Source: Bacillota bacterium
GTDB lineage: Bacteria; Bacillota; Sulfobacillia; UBA8153
Assembly (NCBI GenBank): GCA_040756655.1
Contig: JBFLYN010000002.1
Span: 72,634-136,633, forward strand
Direction: 5' to 3'
DNA length: 64,000 nt
This document shows, in pieces, positions 1-9,957 of this stretch (the first letter of the stretch is position 1; every line of letters starts with the position of its first letter). The notes below the pieces were generated by a model. That model saw nothing but the letters and a program-made list of their open reading frames with translations. It was not told where the DNA came from and ran no database searches. A program made the translations under genes and the position numbers.

Positions 1-194
1 GGGTCTTCACTCTCCCGCCCAGCACCTCGGGGAACCCGGTAAGCTGGGATACGCTGGTCACCGGCAAACCGGCCTGGGCCAGGGTCTGGGCTGTTCCTCC
101 CGTGGACACGATGCTGTAGCCCAGGGTTACCAGTCCCCGGGCGAAGTCTACCACCCCGGTCTTATCCGACACGCTGATGAGCGCCTTCTTCACG
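1..194 (-). CDS. purH: Bifunctional AICAR transformylase/IMP cyclohydrolase PurH, N-terminus only. The gene runs off the left edge of the window.
   Basis: Reverse-complement of 1-194 translates to [64 protein letters not shown], the canonical PurH N-terminus. GTG start at 194..192 is preceded by AGGAGGTG. Confidence 0.8.
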
Positions 195-205
195 GGCGCC
201 ACCTC

Positions 206-1225
206 CTAAACATACTGGACCCCCGGGGCTCCCGGGACAACCTCGCCCAGTTTCCACGCCGAAAGCCCGCGCCGGGCAGCCAGGGCAACGCACCGGTCGG
301 CTGCCCCGGGTGGTACCACCAGGATCATGCCTACGCCCATGTTAAATACCCGGTACATCTCGCCAGTCTCCACCTGCCCCACCCGGGCGATGAGGTCAAA
401 CACCGGGGGCACCTGCCAGGTAGACCGGTCCACCAGGGCTGATGAGCCCGGCGGGAGCACGCGCGGCAGGTTTTCCGTGATGCCTCCACCCGTAATGTGA
501 GCTACTCCCAGGAGCGGGACCTCCCTCCCCAGCTCCAGGAGGTCAAGGGCATAGATGCGGGTAGGTTCCAGGAGTTCCTCGCCCAGGGTCCGGCCCAGAT
601 CATCCACGTAGTCTGTAGCAGCAAAGTGGCCCGAATCCAAGAGGACTCGCCGGACCAGGCTATAGCCGTTGGAATGGAGCCCGGATGAGCCCAGGGCCAC
701 CAGGGCATCACCCGGGCGGATGCCGGAGCCGTCGATGATGCGGGAGCGCTCCACTACTCCCACGCAGAATCCAGCCAAGTCGTAATGATCGTCCTGGTAG
801 ATGCCGGGCATCTGGGCAGTCTCGCCGCCGATGAGGGCGCACCCGGCCCGGCGGCAGCCTTCCGCCACGCCCGACACGATCTCTTCCACGCGCCGGGAGT
901 CAAGTTTGCCCACCGCCAGGTAGTCCAGGAAAAACAACGGCTCGGCCCCGGATACGGCCACATCGTCGGCGTTCATGGCCACGCAGTCGATGCCCACCGT
1001 ATCGTGCTTGTCCAAAACGAAGGCTACCATGAGCTTGGTACCTACCCCGTCGGCGCCAGCCACCATTACCGGCTCCCGGTACCCGGCGGGCACCTGGAAG
1101 AACGCCCCGAAGCCGCCGATGTCGCCCAGGACCCCAGGCCGGAAAGTGGCCCTGGTCACCGCCTGCAGCTTCTTTACCGTCTTCTGGGCCCCGTCAATAT
1201 CAACGCCCGCATCCCGGTACTTCAC
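206..1225 (-). CDS. purM: Phosphoribosylformylglycinamidine cyclo-ligase (AIR synthetase)
   Basis: ORF 206..1291. The PurM N-terminal motif KYRDAGVDIDG starts at GTG 1225 with GGAGG upstream. The PurM/AIRS fold motifs are conserved. The ORF's upstream ATG extension would overlap purF. Confidence 0.9.
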   Translation of the reverse strand: MKYRDAGVDIDGAQKTVKKLQAVTRATFRPGVLGDIGGFGAFFQVPAGYREPVMVAGADGVGTKLMVAFVLDKHDTVGIDCVAMNADDVAVSGAEPLFFLDYLAVGKLDSRRVEEIVSGVAEGCRRAGCALIGGETAQMPGIYQDDHYDLAGFCVGVVERSRIIDGSGIRPGDALVALGSSGLHSNGYSLVRRVLLDSGHFAATDYVDDLGRTLGEELLEPTRIYALDLLELGREVPLLGVAHITGGGITENLPRVLPPGSSALVDRSTWQVPPVFDLIARVGQVETGEMYRVFNMGVGMILVVPPGAADRCVALAARRGLSAWKLGEVVPGAPGVQYV

Positions 1226-2648
1226 CCGGCAGCACCTCCAGGCAGCTCTTTCCCGTACCCCGGGGGATTTCCACCGGGTACTTCCCGTCAAAACACGCAG
1301 TACAATACTCTGACGAACCCAGGGCCGAAAACAGCTGCTGGTTGGTCAGGTAGAAGAGGGAGTCTGCCTCAACTGAGGACCGGATCTCTTCCAGGCTCTT
1401 GGTGGCGGCCACCAGCTCAGATGGAGCGGAAGTGTCGATGCCGTAAAAACAGGGAAAGCGGTAGGGGGGCGACGATATGCGCAAGTGAACCTCCCGGGCC
1501 CCGGCCTCTTTGAGCAGCCGTACTATGTGCCGGGAGGTAGTACCCCTCACTATGGAGTCATCTACCAGCACTACGCGCTTTCCGTCCACCAGCCTCCGCA
1601 TGGGATTGAGCTTCACCCGCACGGCGAAGTCGCGCTGCGCCTGGCTGGGCTGGATGAAAGTGCGGCCGATGTAGCGGTTCTTGATGAGTCCCATCTCATA
1701 GGGCAAGCCGGAGAACTCGGCATAGCCCGCAGCCGCCGACACGCTGGAATCGGGCACGCCAGTAACCAGGTCCGCCTCCACCGGGTAAGCTTCGGCCAGC
1801 TTCCGGCCCAAGGCCTTGCGCACCGCGTGGACGTTGGTGCCGTTGAACTGTGAATCGGGCCGGGCGAAGTATATGTGCTCAAAAACACACAGGCTGGGAA
1901 CTGAAGGTTCTAATGCCTGGAAAGACCTCAGGCCGTACCGGTCGACCATCACCAGTTCGCCGGGGGCCACTTCCCGCTGGAATCCGGCCCCCACCGCATC
2001 CAGGGCGCAGGTTTCCGACGCCAGGATATAGCCAGAGTCCAGTTTGCCCAGGACCAGGGGACGGATGCCGTTAGGGTCGCGGATCCCAGCCATGACCTCG
2101 GGTGTTAGGAACACAAAAGCGTAAGCACCCTTCACCTGCTGGAAACTCGCCTGGATACTGTGGTCCAGCGACTCCCGGGACCGCTGCGCCACCAGGTGTG
2201 CCACGACCTCCGTATCCAGAGTGGTCTGGAAGATACTCCCTCCCTCTTCCAGCTGGGCTCTAAGGTAGTGGGCGTTGACCAGGTTGCCATTGTGAGCCAG
2301 CGCCAGCTGGCCCTGGCGGTACCTGAACACCAGCGGTTGCACGTTCTCCGGACAGCTGGATCCGGTGGTGGAATACCGGACATGGCCGATGGCGGCACGT
2401 CCTTCCAGGCTGTCCGGGACTCCACCGTCAAACACGTCAGAAAGCAGGCCCATGCCGCGGACATAGCTGATGGTACGGCCGGACACCGCCGCTATGCCGG
2501 CTGACTCCTGGCCCCGGTGCTGCAGGGCGTAGAGGCCGTACAGGCTGAGCTTGGCAGCTTCGGGAAGCCCCCAAACACCAAACACTCCGCAAGCCTCCTT
2601 GAGGATATCGCCTTCTAGGCCATGTGACACGCTATGGCCTCCTCCCAT
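1200..2648 (-). CDS. purF: Amidophosphoribosyltransferase
   Basis: N-terminal CGVFGVWG nucleophile motif (Ntn glutamine amidotransferase) and PRTase domain, 482 aa. Confidence 0.9.
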   Translation of the reverse strand: MGGGHSVSHGLEGDILKEACGVFGVWGLPEAAKLSLYGLYALQHRGQESAGIAAVSGRTISYVRGMGLLSDVFDGGVPDSLEGRAAIGHVRYSTTGSSCPENVQPLVFRYRQGQLALAHNGNLVNAHYLRAQLEEGGSIFQTTLDTEVVAHLVAQRSRESLDHSIQASFQQVKGAYAFVFLTPEVMAGIRDPNGIRPLVLGKLDSGYILASETCALDAVGAGFQREVAPGELVMVDRYGLRSFQALEPSVPSLCVFEHIYFARPDSQFNGTNVHAVRKALGRKLAEAYPVEADLVTGVPDSSVSAAAGYAEFSGLPYEMGLIKNRYIGRTFIQPSQAQRDFAVRVKLNPMRRLVDGKRVVLVDDSIVRGTTSRHIVRLLKEAGAREVHLRISSPPYRFPCFYGIDTSAPSELVAATKSLEEIRSSVEADSLFYLTNQQLFSALGSSEYCTACFDGKYPVEIPRGTGKSCLEVLPGEVPGCGR

Positions 2649-4849
2649 GGCCGGGCCAGTTGGCTGGTGGAAGACTCCACCACCACCCCGGCCGAAGGAA
2701 TCTCTATGCGGAAACTACCATCCCGGACTCGGCCCAGCACCCGGGCTGGCACCCGGTGGCGAGAGGCGATTTCCAGGACAGCCTCGACCTTTTCCTGGCT
2801 ACAAGAAATCAGCATACGCCCGTGGGATTCTCCAAAGAGCGCCAGGTCCGGGCGCGGCTCTTCCAGCCGGAGGTCGACCCCGCCGGCTCCCGGCCCGGCC
2901 AAGAAGCAACTCTCGGCCACCGCCACCGCCAGCCCGCCGTCGGACACATCGTGGGCCGAGGCCAACAGCCCGCCGGACGCCATGTCCAGGCAAGCTTCGT
3001 GTAAAGCCCGTTCTGCATCCAGGTCCACGGTGGGCGGGGGTCCGGCCAGGCGGCCATGGACGGCCACCAGGTACTCGGAGCCTCCCAGGGTCCCTCCTTC
3101 CGGCCCCAGCAAGATCACGGCGTCGCCCGCAGCGCGGAAACCAGCCTTGACCCGCTTAGATAGGTCCTCGAGCACGCCCACCATGCCCACCACCGGGGTG
3201 GGATATACCGGGTGGCCGTCGGTTTCGTTATAAAAGCTCACGTTACCCCCGGTCACCGGGGTGTGCAGCGCCCGGCAGGCATCGCCCATGCCCCGGACGG
3301 CCTCTTTAAATTGCCAGAAGATCCCGGGCTTTTCCGGGTTACCGAAGTTGAGGCAATTGGTGATGGCCACCGGGCGGGCCCCGCTGGCCACTACGTTGCG
3401 GGCGGCTTCGGCCACCGCGGCCGCCCCGCCGGTGTAAGGATCGAGGTAGGTGTGGCGGCCGTTGCCGTCGGTGGCCACGGCAATGCCCAGGGGGGTACCT
3501 TTGACTCGTAACACGCAGGCGTCGGAACCGGGAGGTTCCACTGTGTCGGTGCGCACCATGTGGTCGTATTGCCGCCAGATCCAGCGCTTCGACGCGATAT
3601 TGGGTGAGCCCAGGAGGGCCTGGAGGGCACCGAGATACCCGGCGGGCGGTGGCCCGGGGTCGAGGTTGCCCGGGGAGTTGACCGTATCCACGTAGGCCGG
3701 ACGGGTGGCGACCGGGTCGTACATGGGCGCACCGTCGGCCAGCGCCCGGGCCGGGATCTCGGCCACTACCTCACGGCCGTCACGCACCCGGAACACACCG
3801 TCTGGAGTGACCTTGCCGATGGTGGCCACATTGAGCCCCCAGCGCCGGGCCAGCTCCTCTACCACCGGTTCTCTGCCTTGCTCCACTATGACCAGCATGC
3901 GCTCTTGGGACTCGGAGAGCATGATCTCGTAGGGCGTCATGCCTTCCTCCCGGAGCGGCACGCGACTTACGTCTATGTCGATCCCGGTCCCGGCCCGGGC
4001 GGCCGTTTCTGCACACGAGGAGGTAATGCCCGCGGCACCCATATCCTGGATGCCCACGACCACGCCGGTCTTGGTGAGTTCCAGGCAGGCTTCGATGAGA
4101 AGTTTTTCCACAAACGGGTCTCCCACCTGCACTGCCGGCCGCCGGTCCGGAGCGTCCTCTCCCAGCTCTTCCGAGGCGAAGGTGCACCCGTGGATACCGT
4201 CGCGTCCGGTGGAGTGGCCCAAGAGCATTACCGAGTTGCCCGGCCCGGCAGCCACCCCGCGGTGGATCTCATGCCGGTTCATGATCCCCACGCACATGAC
4301 GTTGCACAGCGGATTTTTCGCATACCCGTCATCAAAGTAGGTTTCGCCGCCTACCGTGGGCAAGCCCAGGCAATTGCCATACCCGGCGATGCCCGCCACC
4401 ACTCCGGCGAAGATCCGCCGGGGCCAGGCCTGGTCCAGGCGGCCAAAGCGTAAAGAGTCCAAAAGTGCAATGGGCCGGGCACCCATGGCCAGGATATCCC
4501 GGACGATGCCGCCGATGCCGGTGGCCGCTCCCTGGTAAGGTTCGATGGCTATGGGATGGTTGTGCGACTCAATCTTAAAGGTAAGGGCCAGCCCGTGGCC
4601 GATGTCGATTACTCCAGCGTTTTCCCCCGGCCCAACCAGCACCCGTTCTCCGCCAGTGGGCAGGGTCTTTAGGGCCCGGCGCGAGTGCTTGTACCCGCAG
4701 TGCTCGGACCAGAGCACTGAGAACATGCCCAGTTCAGTCCAGTTGGGGTCCCGCCCCAGGATGGCAGCAACCTCCTGGTATTCGTGGTCCTTTAAGCCCA
4801 GCTCGCGCCAGAGCCGGTTTTGGACAATATCTTCAACCCGCGGTTCCAG
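2615..4849 (-). CDS. purL: Phosphoribosylformylglycinamidine synthase II (FGAM synthase large subunit)
   Basis: The 703-aa ORF begins [13 protein letters not shown]. Homology continues ~35 codons upstream in the same frame ([41 protein letters not shown]), matching the B. subtilis PurL N-terminus. The only upstream start candidates are CTG or ATT, right after an in-frame TGA, so the start codon is non-canonical or uncertain. Confidence 0.85.
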   Translation of the reverse strand: MEPRVEDIVQNRLWRELGLKDHEYQEVAAILGRDPNWTELGMFSVLWSEHCGYKHSRRALKTLPTGGERVLVGPGENAGVIDIGHGLALTFKIESHNHPIAIEPYQGAATGIGGIVRDILAMGARPIALLDSLRFGRLDQAWPRRIFAGVVAGIAGYGNCLGLPTVGGETYFDDGYAKNPLCNVMCVGIMNRHEIHRGVAAGPGNSVMLLGHSTGRDGIHGCTFASEELGEDAPDRRPAVQVGDPFVEKLLIEACLELTKTGVVVGIQDMGAAGITSSCAETAARAGTGIDIDVSRVPLREEGMTPYEIMLSESQERMLVIVEQGREPVVEELARRWGLNVATIGKVTPDGVFRVRDGREVVAEIPARALADGAPMYDPVATRPAYVDTVNSPGNLDPGPPPAGYLGALQALLGSPNIASKRWIWRQYDHMVRTDTVEPPGSDACVLRVKGTPLGIAVATDGNGRHTYLDPYTGGAAAVAEAARNVVASGARPVAITNCLNFGNPEKPGIFWQFKEAVRGMGDACRALHTPVTGGNVSFYNETDGHPVYPTPVVGMVGVLEDLSKRVKAGFRAAGDAVILLGPEGGTLGGSEYLVAVHGRLAGPPPTVDLDAERALHEACLDMASGGLLASAHDVSDGGLAVAVAESCFLAGPGAGGVDLRLEEPRPDLALFGESHGRMLISCSQEKVEAVLEIASRHRVPARVLGRVRDGSFRIEIPSAGVVVESSTSQLARPWEEAIACHMA

Positions 4850-5552
4850 GAGTCACACCTCCCCGGCAAAGGTAGTCCACGGCAGAAAGAAAGATCAGGC
4901 GCCCGTTGGTCTCGCCCAGCGCTTCTGAACAGCACCGCTCCGGGTGGGGCATCATCCCCAGCACGTTTCCTTGCTCACTGACGATGCCGGCGACGTTGTT
5001 CAAGGAACCGTTGGGGTTGGCGGCCGGGCTCGCGTTGCCGCGCTCGTCGCAATACCGGAACACCACGCGTCCAGTTTCCTCCAGCCGGCGTAGGGTCTTT
5101 GGGTCGGCGTAGTAGTTGCCCTCGCCGTGGGCGATGGGCATGCGCAGCACCTGGCCGGGCGTGCAGCGACCGGTAAAAGGCGTGGCAGTGTTTTCCACCC
5201 GCAGGTGGGTCCACTGGCACCTAAACTGCAGGCTGTCGTTGCTCAGCATGGCCCCGGGCAAAAGCCCGGCCTCCAGCAGGATCTGGAACCCGTTGCAGAT
5301 GCCCAGCACCAGCCCGCCCCGGGCCGCAAACCCAGCTACTTCTTCCATGATGGGAGAAAACCTGGCCATGGCCCCGGTGCGCAGGTAGTCGCCGTAGGAG
5401 AAACCGCCGGGCAGTATGATGACATCGAATCTGCCAAGGCTCCTGGTGCCGTGCCAGACGTATTCCACCTCCTGCTCGCAGTCATCCCTGAGTGCGAAAT
5501 ACGCATCGGAATCGCAGTTGGAACCCGGGAACACCACCACTGCGAACTTCAC
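4833..5552 (-). CDS. purQ: FGAM synthase I, glutaminase subunit
   Basis: [16 protein letters not shown] matches the PurQ N-terminus. A class I glutamine amidotransferase triad is present. The likely GTG start at 5552 overlaps the purS stop by 4 nt. Confidence 0.9.
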   Translation of the reverse strand: MKFAVVVFPGSNCDSDAYFALRDDCEQEVEYVWHGTRSLGRFDVIILPGGFSYGDYLRTGAMARFSPIMEEVAGFAARGGLVLGICNGFQILLEAGLLPGAMLSNDSLQFRCQWTHLRVENTATPFTGRCTPGQVLRMPIAHGEGNYYADPKTLRRLEETGRVVFRYCDERGNASPAANPNGSLNNVAGIVSEQGNVLGMMPHPERCCSEALGETNGRLIFLSAVDYLCRGGVTPGTAG

Positions 5553-5812
5553 CGGCCGGTCTCCCCCCCTTGCAGCGTGAAGCTGTATTCTTCGATGACC
5601 GGGTTGGAGAGCAGCCGGTGGCACATTTCGTCCACTAGCCGGACGGCTTCATCCCGGTCGCCAGCATCCAGCACCAGTTCCAGGTGTTTCCCCACCCGCA
5701 CGGCTTCCACGCCTGCATACCCCATGGCGGCCAGTGATTTGCGTACGGCTTCGCCCTGGGGGTCCAGCACCGTGCGTTTGAGCATGACCCGGATGGTGAC
5801 AACATACTTCAC
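5549..5812 (-). CDS. purS: FGAM synthase PurS subunit
   Basis: 87 aa, [23 protein letters not shown]..., a typical PurS sequence. Confidence 0.85.
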   Translation of the reverse strand: MKYVVTIRVMLKRTVLDPQGEAVRKSLAAMGYAGVEAVRVGKHLELVLDAGDRDEAVRLVDEMCHRLLSNPVIEEYSFTLQGGETGR

Positions 5813-5816
5813 GGCC

Positions 5817-6533
5817 CTACCTCCCCTGCTTCATGAGCCGGGCATAGACTTCCCGGTATGCCTCCTCCACCCCGCCCATATCCCGGCGGAAACGGTCCTT
5901 GTCCAGCTTTTCCCGGGTGGAAACGTCCCAAAAACGGCAAGTGTCCGGGGAGATCTCGTCACCCAGCACCACCCGGTCCTTATAGCGGCCAAATTCGAGC
6001 TTGAAGTCCACCAGTTCCAGGCCGGCCTCGCGCAGGACCGGCCTCAAGCAAGCGTTAACCCTGCGGGCCTGGGCCCGCAGCTCCTCCAGTTCGGCCCCGG
6101 TGACCAGCCCCAGCACCCGGGCGTGGTCGTCGTTGATGAGGGGGTCGCCCAGGCTGTCGTCCTTGTAGTAGAACTCCACCACGGGTTCGGGCATGGCGGT
6201 TCCTTCTTCCAGTCCCAGTCGCTTGCAGAGACTCCCGGCGGCGATGTTCCTGACTACCACTTCCACCATGATGATCTCCAGGGGGATAACCGCCATTTCG
6301 TGGCCGCTGAGGGTGCCGCGATAGTGGGTGGGGATGCCGGCTTCCTCAAGGCGAGTGAAAAGGTAGGCGGAGATGAGGTTGTTCAGCTCACCCTTGCCCG
6401 GGATGATCCCTCTTTTCTTGCCGTCGAAGGCCGTGGCCGTGTCCTTGTACTCGATGATGAGACGGTCCGGATCGCTGGTAGCGTAGACGATTTTCGCCTT
6501 GCCCTCGTGGAGTTTTTCTCCCTTGAGCATCAC
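5817..6533 (-). CDS. purC: SAICAR synthetase
   Basis: 238 aa. LHEGKAKIVYATSDPDRLIIEYKDTATAFDGKK is the PurC signature. Confidence 0.9.
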   Translation of the reverse strand: MMLKGEKLHEGKAKIVYATSDPDRLIIEYKDTATAFDGKKRGIIPGKGELNNLISAYLFTRLEEAGIPTHYRGTLSGHEMAVIPLEIIMVEVVVRNIAAGSLCKRLGLEEGTAMPEPVVEFYYKDDSLGDPLINDDHARVLGLVTGAELEELRAQARRVNACLRPVLREAGLELVDFKLEFGRYKDRVVLGDEISPDTCRFWDVSTREKLDKDRFRRDMGGVEEAYREVYARLMKQGR

Positions 6534-7822
6534 AGTCCCAGCCTCCCATAGACAGTGTCAATGTGTTCCAGCTGCCGCCAGGGGTCAAAACAGGCCTCCA
6601 AGACCGCATTGTCCAACCGTGAGGTGATGCGTGGATCCTGCCGTACCAGGTCCGCAAATACGCCCTCGCCGCGCCAGCCTTTCATGGCCAGTTCCTGAAC
6701 AACGGCATAGGCCTCTTCCCGGCTAAGCCCACTGGCGACCAGTGCCAGGAGGACTTGCTGGGAGTAGATGAGGCCGCCGGTGCAGTTGAGGTTTTTCAGC
6801 ATGTTCTCCGGGTAGACCTGGAGCCGCCGGACGATGCCGCAAAAGCGGCGGACCATGTAGTGCACCAAGGTGGTGCTGCCGGGTATGATCACCCGCTCAG
6901 CCGACGAATTGGAGATGTCTCGCTCGTTCCAAAGCACCATGTTCTCCAGGGCCACCCCGGCGTTGGCCCGCACTAGCCGGGCCAGGCCGGACATTTGCTC
7001 GCACCCCACCGGGTTGCGCTTGTGGGGCATGGCCGAAGAGCCTTTCTGTCCCGCGCTGAACGGTTCTTCCAGCTCCAGGATTTCCGTGCGTTGTAGTGAG
7101 CGGATCTCAGTGGCGAACTTTTCGATGGATGTGGCCGTGATGGCCAGGGCCGAAAGGTACTCGGCATGCCGGTCTCGCTGGAGGATCTGGGTAGACAGAG
7201 GAGCAGGCGTAAGCCCCAGACGCTGGCACACAAAGACCTCCACCCGGGGGTCCACGTGGGCATAGGTGCCCACGGCTCCCGATAGCTTCCCGTAGGAGAT
7301 GCCGTCCCGGGCCCGGGATAGCCGCTCGATGTCCCGGAGGATCTCGGCATACCACAGGGCAAACTTCAGCCCCAGGGTAATGGGTTCGGCATGCACGCCG
7401 TGGGTCCGTCCCACCATTAGGGTGCGCTTGTGCTGCCGGGCCATGTGGGCCACCACACCCGCCAGTTCGTATAGGGCCTCGATGATGAGCCCGGCCGCTT
7501 CCCGCATAAGGGAGGAAAGGGCCGTATCGACTACATCGTACGAGGTGAGCCCGTAATGTAGGTAGCGGCCGGGTTCGCCCGCTGTCTCCGCCACGGCTGT
7601 GACAAAGGCGATGACGTCGTGCTTGACCTCAGCCTCAATCGCCTCGATCCTCGAGACATCCACCCGGCAACGTTCCCGCAGTTGAACAACGGCTTCTCCC
7701 GGTATGACGCCCAGCTGGGCCCAGGCCTCACAGGACAAAAGCTCTACTTCCAGCCACCGCTGGTAGCGGTTTTGGTCGCTCCAGAGCTTCTGCATCTGGG
7801 GAGTGGTGTAGCGGGAGATCAT
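6530..7822 (-). CDS. purB: Adenylosuccinate lyase
   Basis: 430 aa. MISRYTTPQMQKLWSDQNRYQRWLEVEL is the PurB N-terminus, and the fumarase/lyase fold is present. Confidence 0.9.
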   Translation of the reverse strand: MISRYTTPQMQKLWSDQNRYQRWLEVELLSCEAWAQLGVIPGEAVVQLRERCRVDVSRIEAIEAEVKHDVIAFVTAVAETAGEPGRYLHYGLTSYDVVDTALSSLMREAAGLIIEALYELAGVVAHMARQHKRTLMVGRTHGVHAEPITLGLKFALWYAEILRDIERLSRARDGISYGKLSGAVGTYAHVDPRVEVFVCQRLGLTPAPLSTQILQRDRHAEYLSALAITATSIEKFATEIRSLQRTEILELEEPFSAGQKGSSAMPHKRNPVGCEQMSGLARLVRANAGVALENMVLWNERDISNSSAERVIIPGSTTLVHYMVRRFCGIVRRLQVYPENMLKNLNCTGGLIYSQQVLLALVASGLSREEAYAVVQELAMKGWRGEGVFADLVRQDPRITSRLDNAVLEACFDPWRQLEHIDTVYGRLGL

Positions 7823-8355
7823 CTCCCGCCACCCCGCTGGGACTCCAGGTATGCCCGGTATCCTATTTCCTCGCGCTTCTGGGCCCTGGCATTGACAGCT
7901 TGGCTTTGCTGGGCCCGAAAAGCCTCCAGCCGGCCCGCCACGTCCCGGTCATGAGAACCGATGATGGCGGCGGCCGGCAGCCCGGCGTTGCGGGCCCCGC
8001 CGATGGCCACGGTGGCCACCGGGATGCCCGGCGGCATCTGGACGATGGCATATGGCGTGTCCACGCCGTTTAGGGCTCCCGAGGTGAGCGGAACACCAAT
8101 GACCGGCAGGGTCGTGGCCAGCACCCCGGGCAGGTGCGCGGGCAGCCCGGCCCCGGCGATGATGACCTCCAGCCCGCGCTTGCGCGCCGTGGCCGCCCGT
8201 TCCAGTGCGCGGTCCGGGGTGCGATGGGCCGGGCACACCGTCAGTTCGAAGGCAATCTCCATCTCCTCCAGGGCCTGTGCTGCTCCCTGCATGACGGCGA
8301 GATCCGAATCTGACCCCATGATGATGCCCACTCGCGGCTTGGACAAGTATTTCAA
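7819..8355 (-). CDS. purE: N5-carboxyaminoimidazole ribonucleotide mutase / AIR carboxylase catalytic subunit
   Basis: 178 aa. PRVGIIMGSDSDLAVM is the PurE signature. There is no purK downstream. Confidence 0.9.
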   Translation of the reverse strand: MKYLSKPRVGIIMGSDSDLAVMQGAAQALEEMEIAFELTVCPAHRTPDRALERAATARKRGLEVIIAGAGLPAHLPGVLATTLPVIGVPLTSGALNGVDTPYAIVQMPPGIPVATVAIGGARNAGLPAAAIIGSHDRDVAGRLEAFRAQQSQAVNARAQKREEIGYRAYLESQRGGGR

Positions 8356-8410
8356 CCCCTCTTTATGAAAAGTGCCGGGCAGGCACCATGCCCACCCGGC
8401 CTAGTATCTC

Positions 8411-9723
8411 TCACCCTAGGAACGCCAGTAGTTCCGGGAACAGGTGGGCCAGTGACACCACTGCCAGCGCATACACTAGTGGGTGCACTTCCTTGCCCCG
8501 GCCGGCCGCCAGCTTCACGATGGGGTAGAACACAAAGCCCGCCGCGATGCCGTGGGAGATGGAAAAGGTAAAGGGCATCACGACGATGGTCATGAAGGCG
8601 GGCAGGGCCTCGGTGAAGTCTTCAAAGTTGATGCCCGTGACGGCACCCATCATGAGAACGCCCACGATGATGAGAGCCGGAGCCGTGGCAGCGCCCGGGA
8701 CCATGGTGGCCAGCGGGGTAAAGAACAGGCTCAACAGGAACAGGATGCCCACTACCACCGCGGTGAGGCCGGTGCGGCCGCCTTCGGCGATACCCGCGGA
8801 CGATTCCACGTAGGTAGTGACCGTGCTGGTGCCCACGACGGCGCCGAACATGGTGCCGACAGCGTCCGCCGCCATGGCTTCCTTGACCCGGGGCAGGCGA
8901 CCCTTGGCATCCAGCATGCCCGTACGGGTGGCGGTGCCCATGAGCGTGCCCATGGTGTCGAAAATATCAACGAACAAAAACGAAAAGATCACCATGAATC
9001 CAAGGCTCAACGCCCCGCCGATGTCCATCTTGAACAGGATGGGTGACAGCGAGGCAGGTGCACCCACAATGCCTCCGCCCGTGTAGGTCACTCCCATGGG
9101 GATGCCGATGACGGTGGTAAGCAGGATGCCTATGAGCATGGCACCGCGAACCTTCACCACTTTGAAGACCATGAGGATGCAGGTGATGAGCAGGCCGATA
9201 ATGGCCAGTTTGGGCTCAGGCGCGCTCAGGTCGCCCAGCTGTACCAGGGTGGGCTCGAAGGCCTTGACGATGCCGGCGTTTTTCATACCGATGAGGGCGA
9301 TGAAAAGACCTATGCCCACGGCCACGGCTCGCTTGAGGCTGGTGGGCACTGCGGCATCGATGTGGGTAATGGCCCCGGTGATGGCCAGCACAAAGAAGGC
9401 AACGCCGGAAAGAAACACGGCACCCAGGGCGGCCTCCCAGCTGTCAGCCTTGGCGGCCACGTAGTAGGCAAAGAAGGCGTTAAGCCCCATGCCGCTGGCC
9501 AGAGCGAAGGGATGCTTGGCCCAAAGGCCCATGAGGATGGTGGACAGGGCCGCCGCCAGGATGGTGGCGGTAGTAACCGCGCCGCGGTCCATACCCGCAT
9601 CGGACAGGATGAGCGGGTTGACGAAAATAATGTAGGCCATGGTCATGAAAGTGGTGAGTCCGGCCAAAAGCTCGATCCGGACGTTGGTCTTGTGCTCTTT
9701 TAGTTTAAAGAGCTGTTCCAGCA
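8411..9723 (-). CDS. NCS2-family (AzgA/PbuG-like) guanine/hypoxanthine permease, first gene of the pur operon
   Basis: 443-aa ORF. The likely start is the second ATG (MLEQLFKLKEHKTNVRIELLAGLTTFMTMAYIIFVNP), which is preceded by GGAGAGGAG. It is a multi-TM protein that looks like PbuG/PbuO. Confidence 0.8.
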
Positions 9724-9805
9724 TTGACTCCTCTCCCCCCATAACCTAAAATGGCTCAACAGCACCGGAACGGTCTTCACCTCCAAATGCCTTGAGCCTA
9801 ACTCC

Positions 9806-9834
9806 ATAGTAGCAAAAGGGGACAAGCATGTCAA
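9806..9834 (-). promoter_or_regulatory. Sigma-A type promoter of the permease-pur operon: TTGACA, 17 nt, TACTAT
   Basis: On the minus strand the sequence reads TTGACAtgcttgtccccttttgcTACTAT. Both hexamers are near-consensus, spaced 17 nt apart, and sit ~76 nt upstream of the permease start. Confidence 0.6.
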
Positions 9835-9843
9835 CGCAAAAGG

Positions 9844-9880
9844 CGAATGTTTGGCGACTGCTGTTACTTAATATTCGTCC
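9844..9880 (-). promoter_or_regulatory. Putative PurR operator (PurBox-like inverted pair) just upstream of the -35
   Basis: Minus strand reads gACGAATATTaag...(17 nt)...aaACATTCGcc. These are inverted CGAAT-containing half sites in the arrangement seen for B. subtilis PurBoxes. Confidence 0.35.
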
Positions 9881-9910
9881 CTTGGCCAGAAATCCGCTGG
9901 TAAATTGGTT

Positions 9911-9932
9911 CAGGCCCGCTTGAGCGGGCCTG
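9911..9932. terminator. Perfect 9-bp stem-loop (CAGGCCCGC ttga GCGGGCCTG) downstream of guaA
   Basis: The stem-loop lies between the guaA stop (9958) and the pur promoter. The flanking U-tract is weak on both strands. Confidence 0.5.
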
Positions 9933-9957
9933 ATTTCCGAACGTGTGTCCTAGCTGC

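Noticed and set aside
785-1513. Long plus-strand ORFs (785..1513, 5127..6551, 8483..9046, 10639..11511, 33500..34495, 38289..38843 on the opposite strand, and others) inside annotated genes
   Set aside because: These antisense or shadow ORFs are typical of 65% GC DNA. Their translations are low-complexity (Arg/Gly/Pro/His-rich) and the opposite strand carries clearly homologous genes.
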